Assembly: GCA_951406725.2 (NCBI GenBank)
Contig: OX597841.1
Coordinates: forward strand, 9,362,001-9,426,000
Direction of reading: 5' to 3'
Origin: Octopus vulgaris
Lineage: Eukaryota
DNA: 64,000 bases
Within the stretch, counting starts at the first letter, position 1. Each line of letters opens with the position of its first letter. Position numbers and translations under genes: made by a program. The notes under the pieces are model-generated. The model was given only the letters and a program-made list of their open reading frames with translations. It did not search any database and had not been told where the DNA came from. Below are positions 50,301 through 63,790 of this stretch, piece after piece.

Positions 50301-51831
50301 GGACATAACACACTACCGGCAGGGGACATACCTCTCAATGATTGACTGCAGACCGGGGCGGGTGAAGGGAGATGAAGTCGGGGACCGCAGAAGAAATTGT
50401 GAAAGTGTTGAATGAGATATTCCTGGAACGAGGCCCCGTGGATGAACTGCTTCTGGACAACGGCACTGCATTTCGCTCGGATGTGCTGAGAGAAATGCTT
50501 GATGTGTGGAAGGTCAACCGCTTCTTCAGGGCGGCATACCGGCCAAGTGGAAACGGGGTGGTGGAAAGGCATCATCGTACCATCAAGGCCATGGCAGAGA
50601 GGGGTCACATTTCACCAGTCGAGGCCGTGTTTTGGTACAATATGCCGCCCAGATCAGGACAGGCTGAGGAGTCGGTGCCACACAGGGCAATATTCAGGTA
50701 CGAGTGGAGGCATCCGTGTACTACATCAAAGCGACCCGGGGCAGAGGAAGAGCACGCCTTCGTGCAGGTCGGGGAGGAAGTCTGGATAAAACCCCCAAAC
50801 GCACGGTGTACATCGCAATGGGGAAAGGGGACAATAACCTCCGTAAATTCAAAGAATAACATCTCGGTTGATGGTATACCACGCCACGTTTTGGACATAC
50901 GGAGGATTGTCCATGCCCCAGAGGATGGGGCCAGCAGCAGTGGGCAAGACGAAAACAACAGACAGGATGACGAGGTCGGCAGCAACACGCCAGGTACAAG
51001 TCCTAGGGTCGCACTGCGACCACAGAGGGAGCGGCACCCTCCTCCCTGGTTGGCTGATTATGAAACCAGTTTCAGGTGCGGGAGTGAGTGAGGAAGCCGG
51101 TTCAGTGATCTGTAGATCAGGGGGCGTGTGGTGTGTGGTGAAGGAGTGTGGCGGATGGGGGAGAGCGGAAGTGGGGCTTGCAGGGTTTGCAGGGCGCATG
51201 CGCCGGAGGAAGCGGAAGTGACAGGCAGAACGCACGTGCAGCATTGAGGAGTTGCGGAAGACAGGACGAAGGGACCAGACGAGCGAGTTGGCTAAAAGCG
51301 ATCCAAGTTCATCTCCGACGAGGTAAGACCCAATTACATTTCCATTCTCCCTTTTTCTGTTGTACTCTTTTCACCGTTCACACTACACACACACATCCCC
51401 CGGTCTGAGATTCGAACCCGCGAATTCTCGACCGCGAGTCCGCTGTTCTAACCACTAGGTTATGTGCCTCCACTATTCCGCTTATACTTACCACTATTGT
51501 TGCAATCATAAGAACACATAAAACATCGGTTGCAAATGTGTGTGTGCGTGTGTGTGTGTGAGTGTGTATGTGTGTGTGTGTGTGTTTCTTGTGAGTGTGT
51601 ATGCGTGCGTGTGTGTTTGTGTTTGATGTGTGTGCGTGAGTGTGTATGTCTGTTGTAAGTGTGTGTATGTGTGCGTGAGTACGTGTATGTTTGTTGTGAG
51701 TGTGTATGTGTGCGTGTGTGTTTGTGCTTGTGTGTGTGTAGATGTGAGTATCTATTGGTCTCCTTCAGTCATTCTCTATCTCTCTGTCTTCATCATCCCG
51801 CCAGACACGCATTTTGAGTCAATCTACTAAC

Positions 51832-53420
51832 GTGTGTTTGATTGCTGTGTGTGTCAGTGTGTGTTTGATTGCTGTGTGTGTCAGTGTGTGTTTGATTGCT
51901 GTGTGTGTTTGATTGCTGTGTGTGTCAGTGTGTGTTTGATTGCTGTGTGTGTCAGTGTGTGTTTGATTGCTGTGTGTGTCAGTGTGTGTTTGATTGCTGT
52001 GTGTGTGTGTGTGTTTGTGTGTGTTTGATTGCTGTGTGTCAGTGTGTGTTTGATTGCTGTGTGTGTCAGTGTGTGTTTGATTGCTGTGTGTGTCAGTGTG
52101 TGTTTGATTGCTGTGTGTGTCAGTGTGTGTTTGATTGCTGTGTGTGTCAGTGTGTGTTTGTGCTGTGTGTGTGTGTTGTTTGATTGCTGTGTGTGTCAGT
52201 GTGTGTTTGATTGCTGTGTGTGTCAGTGTGTGTTTGATTGCTGTGTGTGTCAGTGTGTGTTTGATTGCTGTGTGTGTCGTGTGTGTTTGATTGCTGTGTG
52301 TGTCAGTGTGTGTTTGATTGCTGTGTGTGTCAGTGTGTGTTTGATTGCTGTGTGTGTCAGTGTGTGTTTGATTGCTGTGTGTGTCAGTGTGTGTTTGATT
52401 GCTGTGTGTGTCAGTGTGTGTTTGATTGCTGTGTGTGTCAGTGTGTGTTTGATTGCTGTGTGTGTCAGTGTGTGTTTGATTGCTGTGTGTGTCAGTGTGT
52501 GTTTGATTGCTGTGTGTGTCAGTGTGTGTTTGATTGCTGTGTGTGTCAGTGTGTGTTTGATTGCTGTGTGTGTCAGTGTGTGTTTGATTGCTGTGTGTGT
52601 CAGTGTGTGTTTGATTGCTGTGTGTGTCAGTGTGTGTTTGATTGCTGTGTGTGTCAGTGTGTGTTTGATTGCTGTGTGTGTCAGTGTGTGTTTGATTGCT
52701 GTGTGTGTGTCAGTGTGTGTTTGATTGCTGTGTGTGTCAGTGTGTGTTTGATTGCTGTGTGTGTCAGTGTGTGTTTGATTGCTGTGTGTGTCAGTGTGTG
52801 TTTGATTGCTGTGTGTGTCAGTGTGTGTTTGATTGCTGTGTGTGTCAGTGTGTGTTTGATTGCTGTGTGTGTCGTGTGTGTTTGAGTGTGTGTTTGATTG
52901 CTGTGTGTGTCAGTGTGTGTTTGATTGCTGTGTGTGTCAGTGTGTGTTTGATTGCTGTGTGTGTCAGTGTGTGTTTGATTGCTGTGTGTGTCAGTGTGTG
53001 TTTGATTGCTGTGTGTGTCAGTGTGTGTTTGATTGCTGTGTGTGTCAGTGTGTGTTTGATTGCTGTGTGTGTCAGTGTGTGTTTGATTGCTGTGTGTGTC
53101 AGTGCATGCGTTTGATTGCTCGCAGGCGCGTTGTTTTGCGTCTGCTTCTGTGCATGTGTGTAGACTACCAAGATGATCTGTGTGTGTCTGTGTGTGTTTG
53201 ATTGCTGTGTGTGTCTGTGTGTGTTTGATTGCTGTGTGTGTCTGTGTGTGTTTGATTGCTGTGTGTGTCAGTGTGTGTTTGATTGCTGTGTGTGTCAGTG
53301 TGTGTTTGATTGCTGTGTGTGTCAGTGTGTGTTTGATTGCTGTGTGTGTCAGTGTGTGTTTGATTGCTGTGTGTGTCAGTGTGTGTTTGATTGCTGTGTG
53401 TGTCAGTGTGTGTTTGATAT
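51832..53420 (-). repeat. 27-bp minisatellite (mirror copy)
   Basis: (TGTTTGATTGCTGTGTGTGTCAGTGTG)n. Confidence 0.95.
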
Positions 53421-53577
53421 CCGTATTTCGTCTGTGTGTGTTTCAGTGTGTGACTTTGCCTTTCATTGAGTGTGTGTGTCAGTGTGTGTTTGATTAATCC
53501 GTTTGTGTGTGTCAGTGTGTGTTTGATTGCCCTTGTGTGTGTCAGTGTGTGTTTGATTGCACGTATGTTTGTTGATA

Positions 53578-55681
53578 TGTGTGTGATGGTGAAGGAGTGT
53601 GTCAGTGTGTGTTTGATTGCTGTGTGTGTGCGCGAGTGTTTGATAGCGGAAGTGACAGACAGAACGCACGTGCGGCATTGACCAGTTGCGCCAGACACGA
53701 CGAAGACACCGAGAAGACACGACGCGAGCGAGTTGGCTAAAGGCGATCCGAGTTCATCTCCGGCCAGGTAAGACCCAATTACATTTCCATTCCTTTCCTT
53801 GTTCTGTTGTACTCTTTTCATACTACAAGCTATTTCGGCAAATAATCATTCGGTTTCGTAAAAAATAAAAGTAGAAAATTATGCAGAGTGCTATGGTTTC
53901 ACGCGAGCCTATAACACCGTTTTGCGGCGACACCGATGTGGTCGCTTGGTTGAAGAGGGTAAAGTTGGTGGCGAAGCTCCACGGTATAGCTGACCTGGCT
54001 AGTTTTATGCCGTTGTATTTGGATGGCCCGGCCTTGGCGTTATATTTAGAGATGGAGGAGACGGACCAACTCAGCGAAGATAAAGTGGAGATCTGACTTA
54101 TGGAGCCCTTCGCGGAAGGAATATTTGAAGCGTACGCTCGGCTGGGTAGAATGAGATGGACCGGACAACAGGTGGACGTGTTCGCCGGTGAGATTAGAAG
54201 GTTGGCTAAACTGGCGGGATATGAGGGAGAGTCGCTAGAACGGACGGTTAGGTTAGCGTTCGTGACCGGCTTTCCCGACATCATGTCGGTCGAGCTACAG
54301 AAGCTCCCGAACGTGCGTTCGATGCCGATGGCCGATATCATATCGCGGGCACGTGTACTGGTTTCGTGCAGCAGGTTGACGTCGGTAGCAGCGACTGTAA
54401 CGTCGAAAAGTGGCCCAGCTAGGAGCAACGGAGAGGGGCTGAGGAAAGAACGCGTGCGATCGTTCAAAGGACAGTGTTTCCGGTGCCAAGGCCCACACAT
54501 GGTCCGCGACTGCGCGTCGCCCAAGCGAGAGGTGGTTTGCTACCGGTGTCGAGAGCCAGGGCATGTAGCCAGCGAGTGTCTGCGGGGAAACGGACCGCGG
54601 GAGACTACTGCACCGGTAGTTATCCCTTTGGATTAGTAGCGGCGCGTTTATCATCGTTACCTGTGGTCGACATTCTGGTGAAGGGGAAGATGTCGCGAGC
54701 CCTGGTGGACGCGGGCTGTACGACGACTCTGATGACCACAGAAGTGGCAGAGACGTGGAGTGGAGGAAGCAGTGTTAGGGCAGTTGACGGAAGAGAAGTG
54801 CACTGCGAAGGGGTTACCGATGCGCAGATTGTGGTGCAGGGACTACAGCTGATGTTGCGAGAAATTGTGGTTGGTCACTTGGTGGACGAGCTTGTACTTC
54901 CATAATTTCTCAGCCACATGCACCTGTAGGTATGCCGACTTCAAATCGACAATCGTGGAGGCCCCCGTCGTCTGCCTCCACTCTCGCAAGGTGTCTCCGC
55001 AGACATACGTGGCCTCGCCGCCTGTATGACACAACACGTGGTGATTCAGCTCTCGGAAGTCAAGCACTGGCCTGACCTTATGCTTTGTGGGCTGTATCAC
55101 CGCCATCAGTGGCAGGACTCCGCTCTCTTCTTTTTCCCAAGGGATCAGTATGCCCTCCTTAATCCACCGCTCCACTTCCCCCTCGAACTCACTTCTGGCA
55201 TCTCCTTTTAGAGTATGCTGATAGCAGCCCACTTTATTCTTTAACATCGGGGGCTCTCCCTTCCAGTGCCACTCCACTGTCCACCTCTTGCCATCAAAGA
55301 CAGCCCGAAAATCCTGGTCTTCAATGGTGTGCGCCGCATCCTTTACCTCACGCTTGTCGTCGGTGCGTGGTCTCACCCTACACGGTTTCCCCGCTAACCC
55401 AAACGTGACGCCAGCCTCGTTGACGGTGACACCTCCAAAGCGGTATATTGCATCCATCCCCATCACCACGTCAATCTCGTCCACCAAGTGACCAACCACA
55501 ATTTCTCGCAACATCAGCTGTAGTCCCTGCACCACAATCTGCGCATCGGTAACCACTTCGCAGTGCACTTCTCTTCCGTCGACTGCCCTAACACTGCTTA
55601 CTCCACTCCACGTGCACTTCCCTTCCGTCGACTGCCCTAACACTGCTTCCTCCACTCCGCGTGGAGTGGAGGAAGCAGTGT
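53578..55681 (+). mobile_element. Mirror copy of LTR element A1
   Basis: LTR ending 53827, PBS 53828..53839, gag 53881..54636, protease, inverted PR-RT ~54890..55660. Confidence 0.9.
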
Positions 55682-55989
55682 GATAGCCTCGGCTTCCGAG
55701 GCCCACAGCTCTTCAATATCCTCCCGAAGAACCTGAGAGACCTGCATGGGGTGGATGCACATGTCTTTAAAATGAAACTGGATCTCTTCCTGTCAGGTGT
55801 CCCAGATGAACCAACGTCACGGCAGGAGGTGCAGATGAGGGCAGCTGCATCGAACTCTCTCATGCACCAAATGGCAGTTGCAAAAAAGCTTTCGTTAAGT
55901 AAAACCAAGTAGCAACACCAAATGGCGGTGCCCCAGCATGGCCACAGCTCATAAGCTGAAACTAGAATCAATCAATCAATCAATCAATC
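55679..55989 (+). mobile_element. CR1-type LINE 3' end with (ATCA)n tail
   Basis: Direct repeat of 61292..61602. Confidence 0.9.
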
Positions 55990-56205
55990 ATGTCTCCAAA
56001 AGAGATTTTTCGTTTCATGTTCGTCTCTGTTGCGTTGCATTCTTTCCTTCTGTGGCTGGCTGATTCGGAGCGGATCTCAGAATTGAACGGCCGAAATCTG
56101 CGATGAGGGATCAGTTTCTGACTGAAGAATGAAGGCTTTGAATGACCCGTTTGTCTTTTTGTTCGTCCCTTCGTGTATTTCACGTTATTTATTTATGTAA
56201 ATGTT

Positions 56206-56251
<46 letters not shown>

Positions 56252-56258
56252 ATGTATG

Positions 56259-56289
<31 letters not shown>

Positions 56290-57036
56290 ATATATATGTG
56301 TATATATATATATGTGTGTATGTATATATATATATGTGTGTGTGTATGTATATATATATATGTGTGTGTGTGTATGTATATATGTGTGTGTGTATGTATA
56401 TATGTATGTGTGTGTGTATGTATATATATATGTGTGTGTATGTATATATGTGTGTTTGTGTGTGTATGTATATATATATGTGTGTGTGTGTGTAAGTATA
56501 TATATGTGTGTTTGTGTGTGTGTATGTATATATGTGTGTGTGTGTATGTATATATATGTGTGTGTGTGCATGTATATATATGTGTGTGTGTATGTGTATA
56601 TATGCGTGTGTGTATGTATATATATATATATATGTTATTATTTATTTATCTAAAGGCTTATTATATACATATATATATATATGTGTGTGTGTGTATATAT
56701 ATATATATATGTTATTATTTATTTATCTAAAGGTTTATTATATACATATATATATATATGTATGTGTGTATGTATATATATGTGTGTGTGTATGTGTATA
56801 TATATATATATATGTGTTATTATTTATTTATCTAAAAGTTATTATATACATATATATATATATGTATGTGTGTATGTATATATGTGTGTGTGTGTATGTA
56901 TATATGTTTGTGTGTGCATGTATATATATGTGTGTGTGTATGTGTATATATATATATATATGTGTTATTATTTATTTATCTAAAAGTTATTATATACATA
57001 TATATATATATGTATGTATGTGTGTATGTATATATA

Positions 57037-57069
<33 letters not shown>

Positions 57070-58161
57070 GTTATTATTTATTTATGTAAAGGTTTATTAT
57101 ATACATATATATATATATATGTATGTGTGTATGTATATATATGTGTGTGTGTGTATGTATATATATGTGTGTGTGTGTTTCATGTTCGTCTCTGTTGCGT
57201 TGCATTCTTTCCTTCTGTGGCTGGCTGATTCGGAGCGGATCTCAGAATTAAACAGCCGAAATCTGCGATGAGGGATCAGTTTCTGACTGAGGATGAAGGC
57301 TTTGAATGACCCGTTTGTCTTTTTGTTCGTCCCTTCGTGTATTTCACGTTAGTTATTTATGTAAAGGTTTATTATATATTTCGCAGCGTACGTGCATAAT
57401 AACTTCTTTATGTTTATCATATCAAAACCCCTGCACGATGTCTTTAAACTATTTTCTTTCCTTCGCCATTGCTTCGTTGCCAAATTGTTTTGGCGCCTTT
57501 TTCTCCCAGCCTCTCTGATTCCTTCTCTCCCGCTCTCTCTTGATCACTGCTTCTTCTCTGATTCCTTCTCTCCCTCTCTCTCTCTCGGTCACTGCTTCTG
57601 TCCTCGCCTTCTACCCTCCTTGGTCCCCTCTCTCTCTTAGCACCTCCTCTCTCTTACCCTCTTGCGACTTGCTGCCTCAGCCATTCTCTTTCCATCGGCC
57701 ACTTGTTCAACATGTGTCTTAACACCGAAAAGGTAATTATTTTTCCACGCTTGCTGATATTGTTTTTGTGTCTCTCTTTTTGTGTTAAAGTCATAGGGCG
57801 CCTGTGTCATCCATGTTTTTAACCGTTACCGGTCGCACATTGGCGCACTTGATGCCATCTTTGAGAACGAGCGGGGCAAAGATGGCAAGAATGGAGACGA
57901 TGAAAGAGGTCACCCCCACCTGGTGGATTCCCGGGAGGAGGTTTTGAGTGAGAAACCTGCCCGGGAAGTGATCCCAGGTGCAAGTTCTCCAACGGCAGCA
58001 AGGGCCATGGAGACGGAGAACCCGGTGAAGAGGTAGAGGGAGGAGGAAGAACTAAAAGAAGGACTGGAAGAGCTAAAGGAAAAGCTCAAGCAGGACCAAA
58101 GGGTGAAACAACCAGGAATAGAAGTGGAACCGCAAAAGATGGAAACAAACAGCGCACACGG

Positions 58162-58557
58162 GTGTGTAGGTTCTACCTGAGAGGTTCCTGCTTGCATGGA
58201 AAGCAAGGTGCAGGCTGCCGCTTTGCACATCGGGGACCCTGCCACAGAGACACGAAGCAGATGGACAAACCATCAACACAAGGAAAAAGGATGGACCACG
58301 CACCACCTGCCCCAAAGCGGAGGTACGCAGATGTTGTGCATGCCACAAACCGCCAACATGATGTTGTCGAAAGGGCAGCTGCTGAGCAACAATCTTTTTT
58401 GTGCATGGCACAAAAGATTGTACAGCAGCTGACCTGGCTTCATCAAACCCAAGCCCGCAGGTGGGACTACCCACTATATACAAGACCACCACAGCAAACA
58501 GACCCAGGATGGACACCGCCGGCAACAACGTACACCTCACCTCGATGCTCCTACTGA
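58162..58557 (+). pseudogene. LINE ORF1 C-terminal part with CCCH zinc finger (upstream part frameshifted)
   Basis: CRFYLRGSCLHGKQGAGCRFAH; overlaps the start of ORF2. Confidence 0.6.
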
Positions 58558-61510
58558 ACATCAGAGGGCTGCAAACCCTCAGTAACAGGACAAAAATCCC
58601 GTTCCTGAGAGACTTTGTTGCATGCAATCAAGCCTTATGCATAGCACTTACGGAAACGCACCTGAAACCGGACATAGCAGATGCGGAGTTACACATACCA
58701 CAGTATGCTGTACTACGGACCGACAGAAAAGAAAGGAGTCATGGAGGTGTTGCTATGTACATCCGTGAGGACCTCACACCCCAGGTCCTCTTGTCATACT
58801 CAAACTCGGTGTGTGACACACTAATTGTACATATTAGGCAACTTGATGTAGTTGTGTGTGCTACATATCGCCCTCCAGATGCCCCAAGCCATGTGGGCAA
58901 GTTTGAAGACTGCCTTATAAAAATAGAAGAAGTTCTAACCACATTAGAACAACACATAAGTGTACTTCTTATGGGAGACTTCAATCTGCCCAGTGTCAGA
59001 TGGCCCGAGGGCCTTTCTCTCCCAGGAATGACAAGATGTGAACGAGGACAGGCGAGGTCCCTCCTGAACCTCATCAACACCCTGTACATGGAGCAGGTAA
59101 TACTCCAACCAACCAGGGCAGGTAACACACTGGATCTCTGCTTCACAAATGACATGGATCTCATCCATAATGTGAAAGTGACACCGACACTACTCTCGGA
59201 TCACAACATGATAGAGCTGACCAAAAGAGTACGGGCCAAAAGAGAGCACGGACATGCAGCCTACAAGAAACCCTCAGAATCTTTCCAGCTTGAACTACCA
59301 TAAGGCAAACTGGAAACAAATTGAGAAAGAGATCCTCAAACAAAACTGGCCTAAATGTCTCTCCTCGCCAGACATCGACGTGAAACTTCAACAATTCATG
59401 TCTGTAATGCAAGCCATATGCTACAAATGTGTCCCAGAGAGAAAGGCCACTGTACACAAGAACAAAATCCCCAGAGAGAGGATAATTTTAATGAGACGGC
59501 GTACAAAATTTTCAAATCGCCTAAGCAAACAGATTGAAAGCAGTGAGAAGTCCCGCCTAAAAATAAAACTGTTGGAAATCGAAAAATGTCTGCAACTCTC
59601 TCATGAAAAAGAAAGAGCAGACAAGGAAGCCTGGGCTATAGACAACATAAAATCTAACCCCAGAGCTTTCTACAGGTATGCCAAAGAAACAGCTACGGTG
59701 CACTGTAGAATAGGGCCACTCCTCGAAAAGGATGGCACACTTACAGGAAAACCAATGAGGGTAAGTGAAATACTGAATGAGCAATTCAAGAGTGTTTTCA
59801 CTCCACCCCTTGGGCATCTCCAAATCACCAATCCAACTGACTTTTTTTACCACTGCAGATATAAAATCAGAGGCGGCGACGATAGATTACATCGATATAA
59901 AGGAAGACGATGTAATCAAGGCTATAGATGAAATGAAAACAGACTCAGCTACTGGCCCCGATGGATTCCCGGCAATCCTCCTAAAAGCATGTAAGAGAGT
60001 CCTAGCAAGACCACTGCAGTTCCTCTTTCAGAGCTTCCTTGCAGCTGGCAAACTTCCAAGAAAACTGAAGGAAGGTAAAATATGCCCCATTCATAAAGGA
60101 GGTAGCAGAGCGGAAGCCAAGAACTACAGACCTATCTCTCTGACCTCACACATCAGCAAGGTCATGGAACGAATAGTCAGAAGGAAGCTGATCACCTTCC
60201 TTGAAGAGAATGACTTGCTGCCCGACACCCAACATGGTTTCCGACCAGGGAGAAGCTGTTTAACTCAGCTCCTACAACACTATGACTGGGTGCTGAAACG
60301 GCTGCTCAACCACTCAAATGTGGAAGTGATATATCTCGACTTTGCAAAGGCCTTTGATAAAGTCGATCATGGAATGATATGTCACAAACTGCGTGATCTC
60401 AACATAGTTGGAAAACTGGGAGAATGGCTCCATGACTTTCTGAAAGATAGAAGTCAGGTGGTAGTAGCCAATGGGGCCACTTCCATTAACACGCAAATAG
60501 TGAGCGGTGTCCCGCAGGGCACTGTTCTGGGACCACTACTGTTCATAATGGCCCTCTCAGACATGCCCTCAGCCACGCAGAGAGCCACGATCACAAGTTA
60601 TGCAGATGATACAAAAGTTTCACAGGCAATACAGAACCCTGAGGACACTAAGCACCTGCAATGTGAGCTGGACAAAATATACAAGTGGGCTGAAAAGAAT
60701 AGCATGCAGTTCAATGCTGAAAAGTTTCAAGCTCTATACTATCAGCATGCAAAACTAAATGCAATACCCAATGAATACACCGGACCCGGAGGAATAGCAA
60801 TCCCAGAGGCACAATCAGTGCGTGACCTAGGTATTTACATGAGTGATGACGCGACCTTTCGTGTACATGTTGCTAAATTGGCAATGAAATGTAGAAGACT
60901 GGCCGGATGGATCCTCAGAACCTTTAGAACAAGAGAACAAGAAACCATGATGGTCCTCTGGAGGACACTTGTCCTAAGCCACTTTGACTACTGCTCTCAG
61001 TTATGGTCACCATCCAGTGTCAAGTTGATCACAGAGCTCGAGGCGATCCAACGTAGCTACACGAAGAAGATAGCCTCTATGCAGAATGTAAGCTACTGGG
61101 AAAGACTGAAGAGATTAAAACTGTATTCCCTGGAGCGTAGGCGGGAAAGATATGCCATAATATACATCTGGAAGATCCTGGAGGGACGTGTCCTAAACTT
61201 TAGCATCGAGAGTTACGCAAATGCCAGAACTGGGCGCCACTGCGTGGTGCCTAGGACTCCAAACTCGCCATCAAGATGTAGGACAAGATTCTGTGATAGC
61301 CTGGGCTTCCGAGGCCCACAGCTCTTCAATATCCTCCCGAAGAACCTGAGAGACCTGCATGGGGTGGATGCAGATGTCTTTAAAATGAAACTGGATCTCT
61401 TCCTGTCAGGTGTCCCAGATGAACCAACTTCACGGCAGGAGGTGCAGATGAGGGCAGCTGCATCGAACTCTCTCATGCACCAAATGGCAGTTGCTAAAAA
61501 GCTTTCGTGA
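58509..61510 (+). pseudogene. LINE ORF2 (endonuclease and reverse transcriptase), split by two frameshifts (~59230-59260 and ~59845)
   Basis: Three consecutive overlapping ORFs 58401..59303, 59254..59931 and 59777..61510; the second break is at a T7 run. Confidence 0.9.
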
Positions 61511-62599
61511 AGTAAAACCAAGTAGCAACACCAAATGGCGGTGCCCCAGCATGGCCACAGCTCATAAGCTGAAACTAGAATCAATCAATCAATCAATCAA
61601 TCATGTCTCCAAAAAAGATTTTTCGTTTCATGTTCGTCTCTGTTGCGTTGCATTCTTTCCTTCTGTGGCTGGCTGATTCGGAGCGGATCTCAGAATTGAA
61701 CGGCCGAAATCTGCGATGAGGGATCAGTTTCTGACTGAAGAATGAAGGCTTTGAATGACCCGTTTGTCTTTTTGTTCGTCCCTTCGTGTATTTCACGTTA
61801 TTTATTTATGTAAATGTTTATTATATATATATATATATATTATATATATATATATATATGTGTATGTATGTATATATGTATGTATGTATGTATGTATATA
61901 TATATATGTGTGTATGTATATATATATGTGTGTGTGTATGTATATATATATATGTGTGTGTGTATGTATATATGTGTGTGTATGTATATATGTATGTGTG
62001 TGTGTATGTATATATATATATGTGTGTATGTATATATATGTGTGTTTGTGTGTGTATGTATATATGTGTGTGTGTGTGTGTGTAAGTATATATATGTGTG
62101 TTTGTGTGTGTGTGTATGTATATATGTGTGTGTGTGTGTATGTATATATATGTGTGTGTGTGCATGTATATATATGTGTGTGTGTATGTGTATATATGCG
62201 TGTGTGTATGTATATATATATATATATGTTATTATTTATTTATCTAAAGGCTTATTATATACATATATATATATATGTGTGTGTGTGTATATATATATAT
62301 ATATGTTATTATTTATTTATCTAAAGGTTTATTATATACATATATATATATATGTGTGTATGTATATATATGTGTGTGTGTATGTGTATATATATATATA
62401 TATGTGTTATTATTTAATTATCTAAAAGTTATTATATACATATATATATATATGTATGTGTGTATGTATATATGTGTGTGTGTGTGTATGTATATATGTT
62501 TGTGTGTGCATGTATATATATGTGTGTGTGTATGTATATATATATATATATGTTATTATTTATTTATCCAAAGGTTTATTATATACATATATATATATA

Positions 62600-62632
<33 letters not shown>

Positions 62633-63790
62633 GTTATTATTTATTTATCTAAAGGTTTATTATATAATATATATATATATGTATGTGTGTGTATATATAT
62701 ATGTGTGTGTGTATGTATATATATATATATATATGTTATTATTTATTTATGTAAAGGTTTATTATATACATATATATATATATGTATGTGTGTATGTATA
62801 TATATGTGTGTGTGTGTATGTATATATATGTGTGTGTGTGTTTCATGTTCGTCTCTGTTGCGTTGCATTCTTTCCTTCTGTGGCTGGCTGATTCGGAGCG
62901 GATCTCAGAATTAAACAGCCGAAATCTGCGATGAGGGATCAGTTTCTGACTGAGGATGAAGGCTTTGAATGACCCGTTTGTCTTTTTGTTCGTCCCTTCG
63001 TGTATTTCACGTTAGTTATTTATGTAAAGGTTTATATATATATTTCGCAGCGTACGTTTGCAGGAAATAACTATATAAGCATTTTTATGTTATATCATAT
63101 CAAAAACCCCTGCACGATGTCTTTAAACTATTTTCTTTCCTTCGCTCATTGACTTCGTTGCCAAATTGTTTTGGCGCCTTATTTTCTCCCATGCCTCTCT
63201 GATTCCTTCTCTCCCTCTCTTTGATCACTGCTTCTTCTCTGATTCCTTCTCTCCATTTCTCTCTCTCGGTCACTGCTTCTGTCCTCGTTGTTCTACCCTC
63301 CTTGGTCCCCTTGACAACGCTTAGCCCCTCCTCTCTCTTACCCTCTTGCGACTTGCTGCCTCAGCCATTCTCTTTCCATCGGCCACTTGTTCAACATGTG
63401 TCTTATCAAAAAATGGTAATTATTTTTCCACGCTCATCTGATATTGTTTTTGTGCTCTCTTTTGTGTTAAAGCCATAGGGCGCCTGTGTCATCCGAATTT
63501 TTTAACTGTTACCGTCGCACATTGGGAGTAGTTGATGCCATCTTTGAGAATCGAGCGGGGCAGAGATGGCAAGAATGGAGACGATGAAAGAAGTCACCCC
63601 CACCTGGTGAGATTGACCGGGAGGAGGTTTTGCATGAATTAACCTGAAAGTTCGGAGTGATCCCAGGTGCAAGTTCTGACAACCGGCAGCAAGGGCTCAA
63701 TGAATGGAGACGGAGAACCCGGTGAAGAGGTACGAGAGGAGGTTTTCAGGATGTCCTTAAAAGAAGTTCTACAGATCTTCAGGAAAAGCT
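61294..63790 (+). repeat. Direct repeat of 55681..~58090 (period ~5.6 kb): LINE tail, minisatellite cassette and LINE 5' end
   Basis: 55681 aligns with 61294; the last ~750 bp contains many 1-3 nt indels. Confidence 0.9.

Larger units (their letters stand above)
43387..51387 (+). mobile_element. Mirror copy of LTR element A2 with nested element B
   Basis: 5' LTR remnant from 43387; gag 47793..48203; inverted PR-RT 48314..49193; RH-IN 49306..51091; 3' LTR 51127..51387. Confidence 0.92.
57400..61602 (+). mobile_element. Near-full-length CR1-group LINE (ORF1 with CCCH finger, APE-RT ORF2, (ATCA)n tail); 5' boundary approximate
   Basis: CT-rich leader, ORF1 fragments, APE motifs NIRGL/LTETH/GGVA/MGDFN/LDL/SDH, RT motifs NYRPISL/QHGFR/DFAKAFD/GVPQG/YADD. 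Confidence 0.93.
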
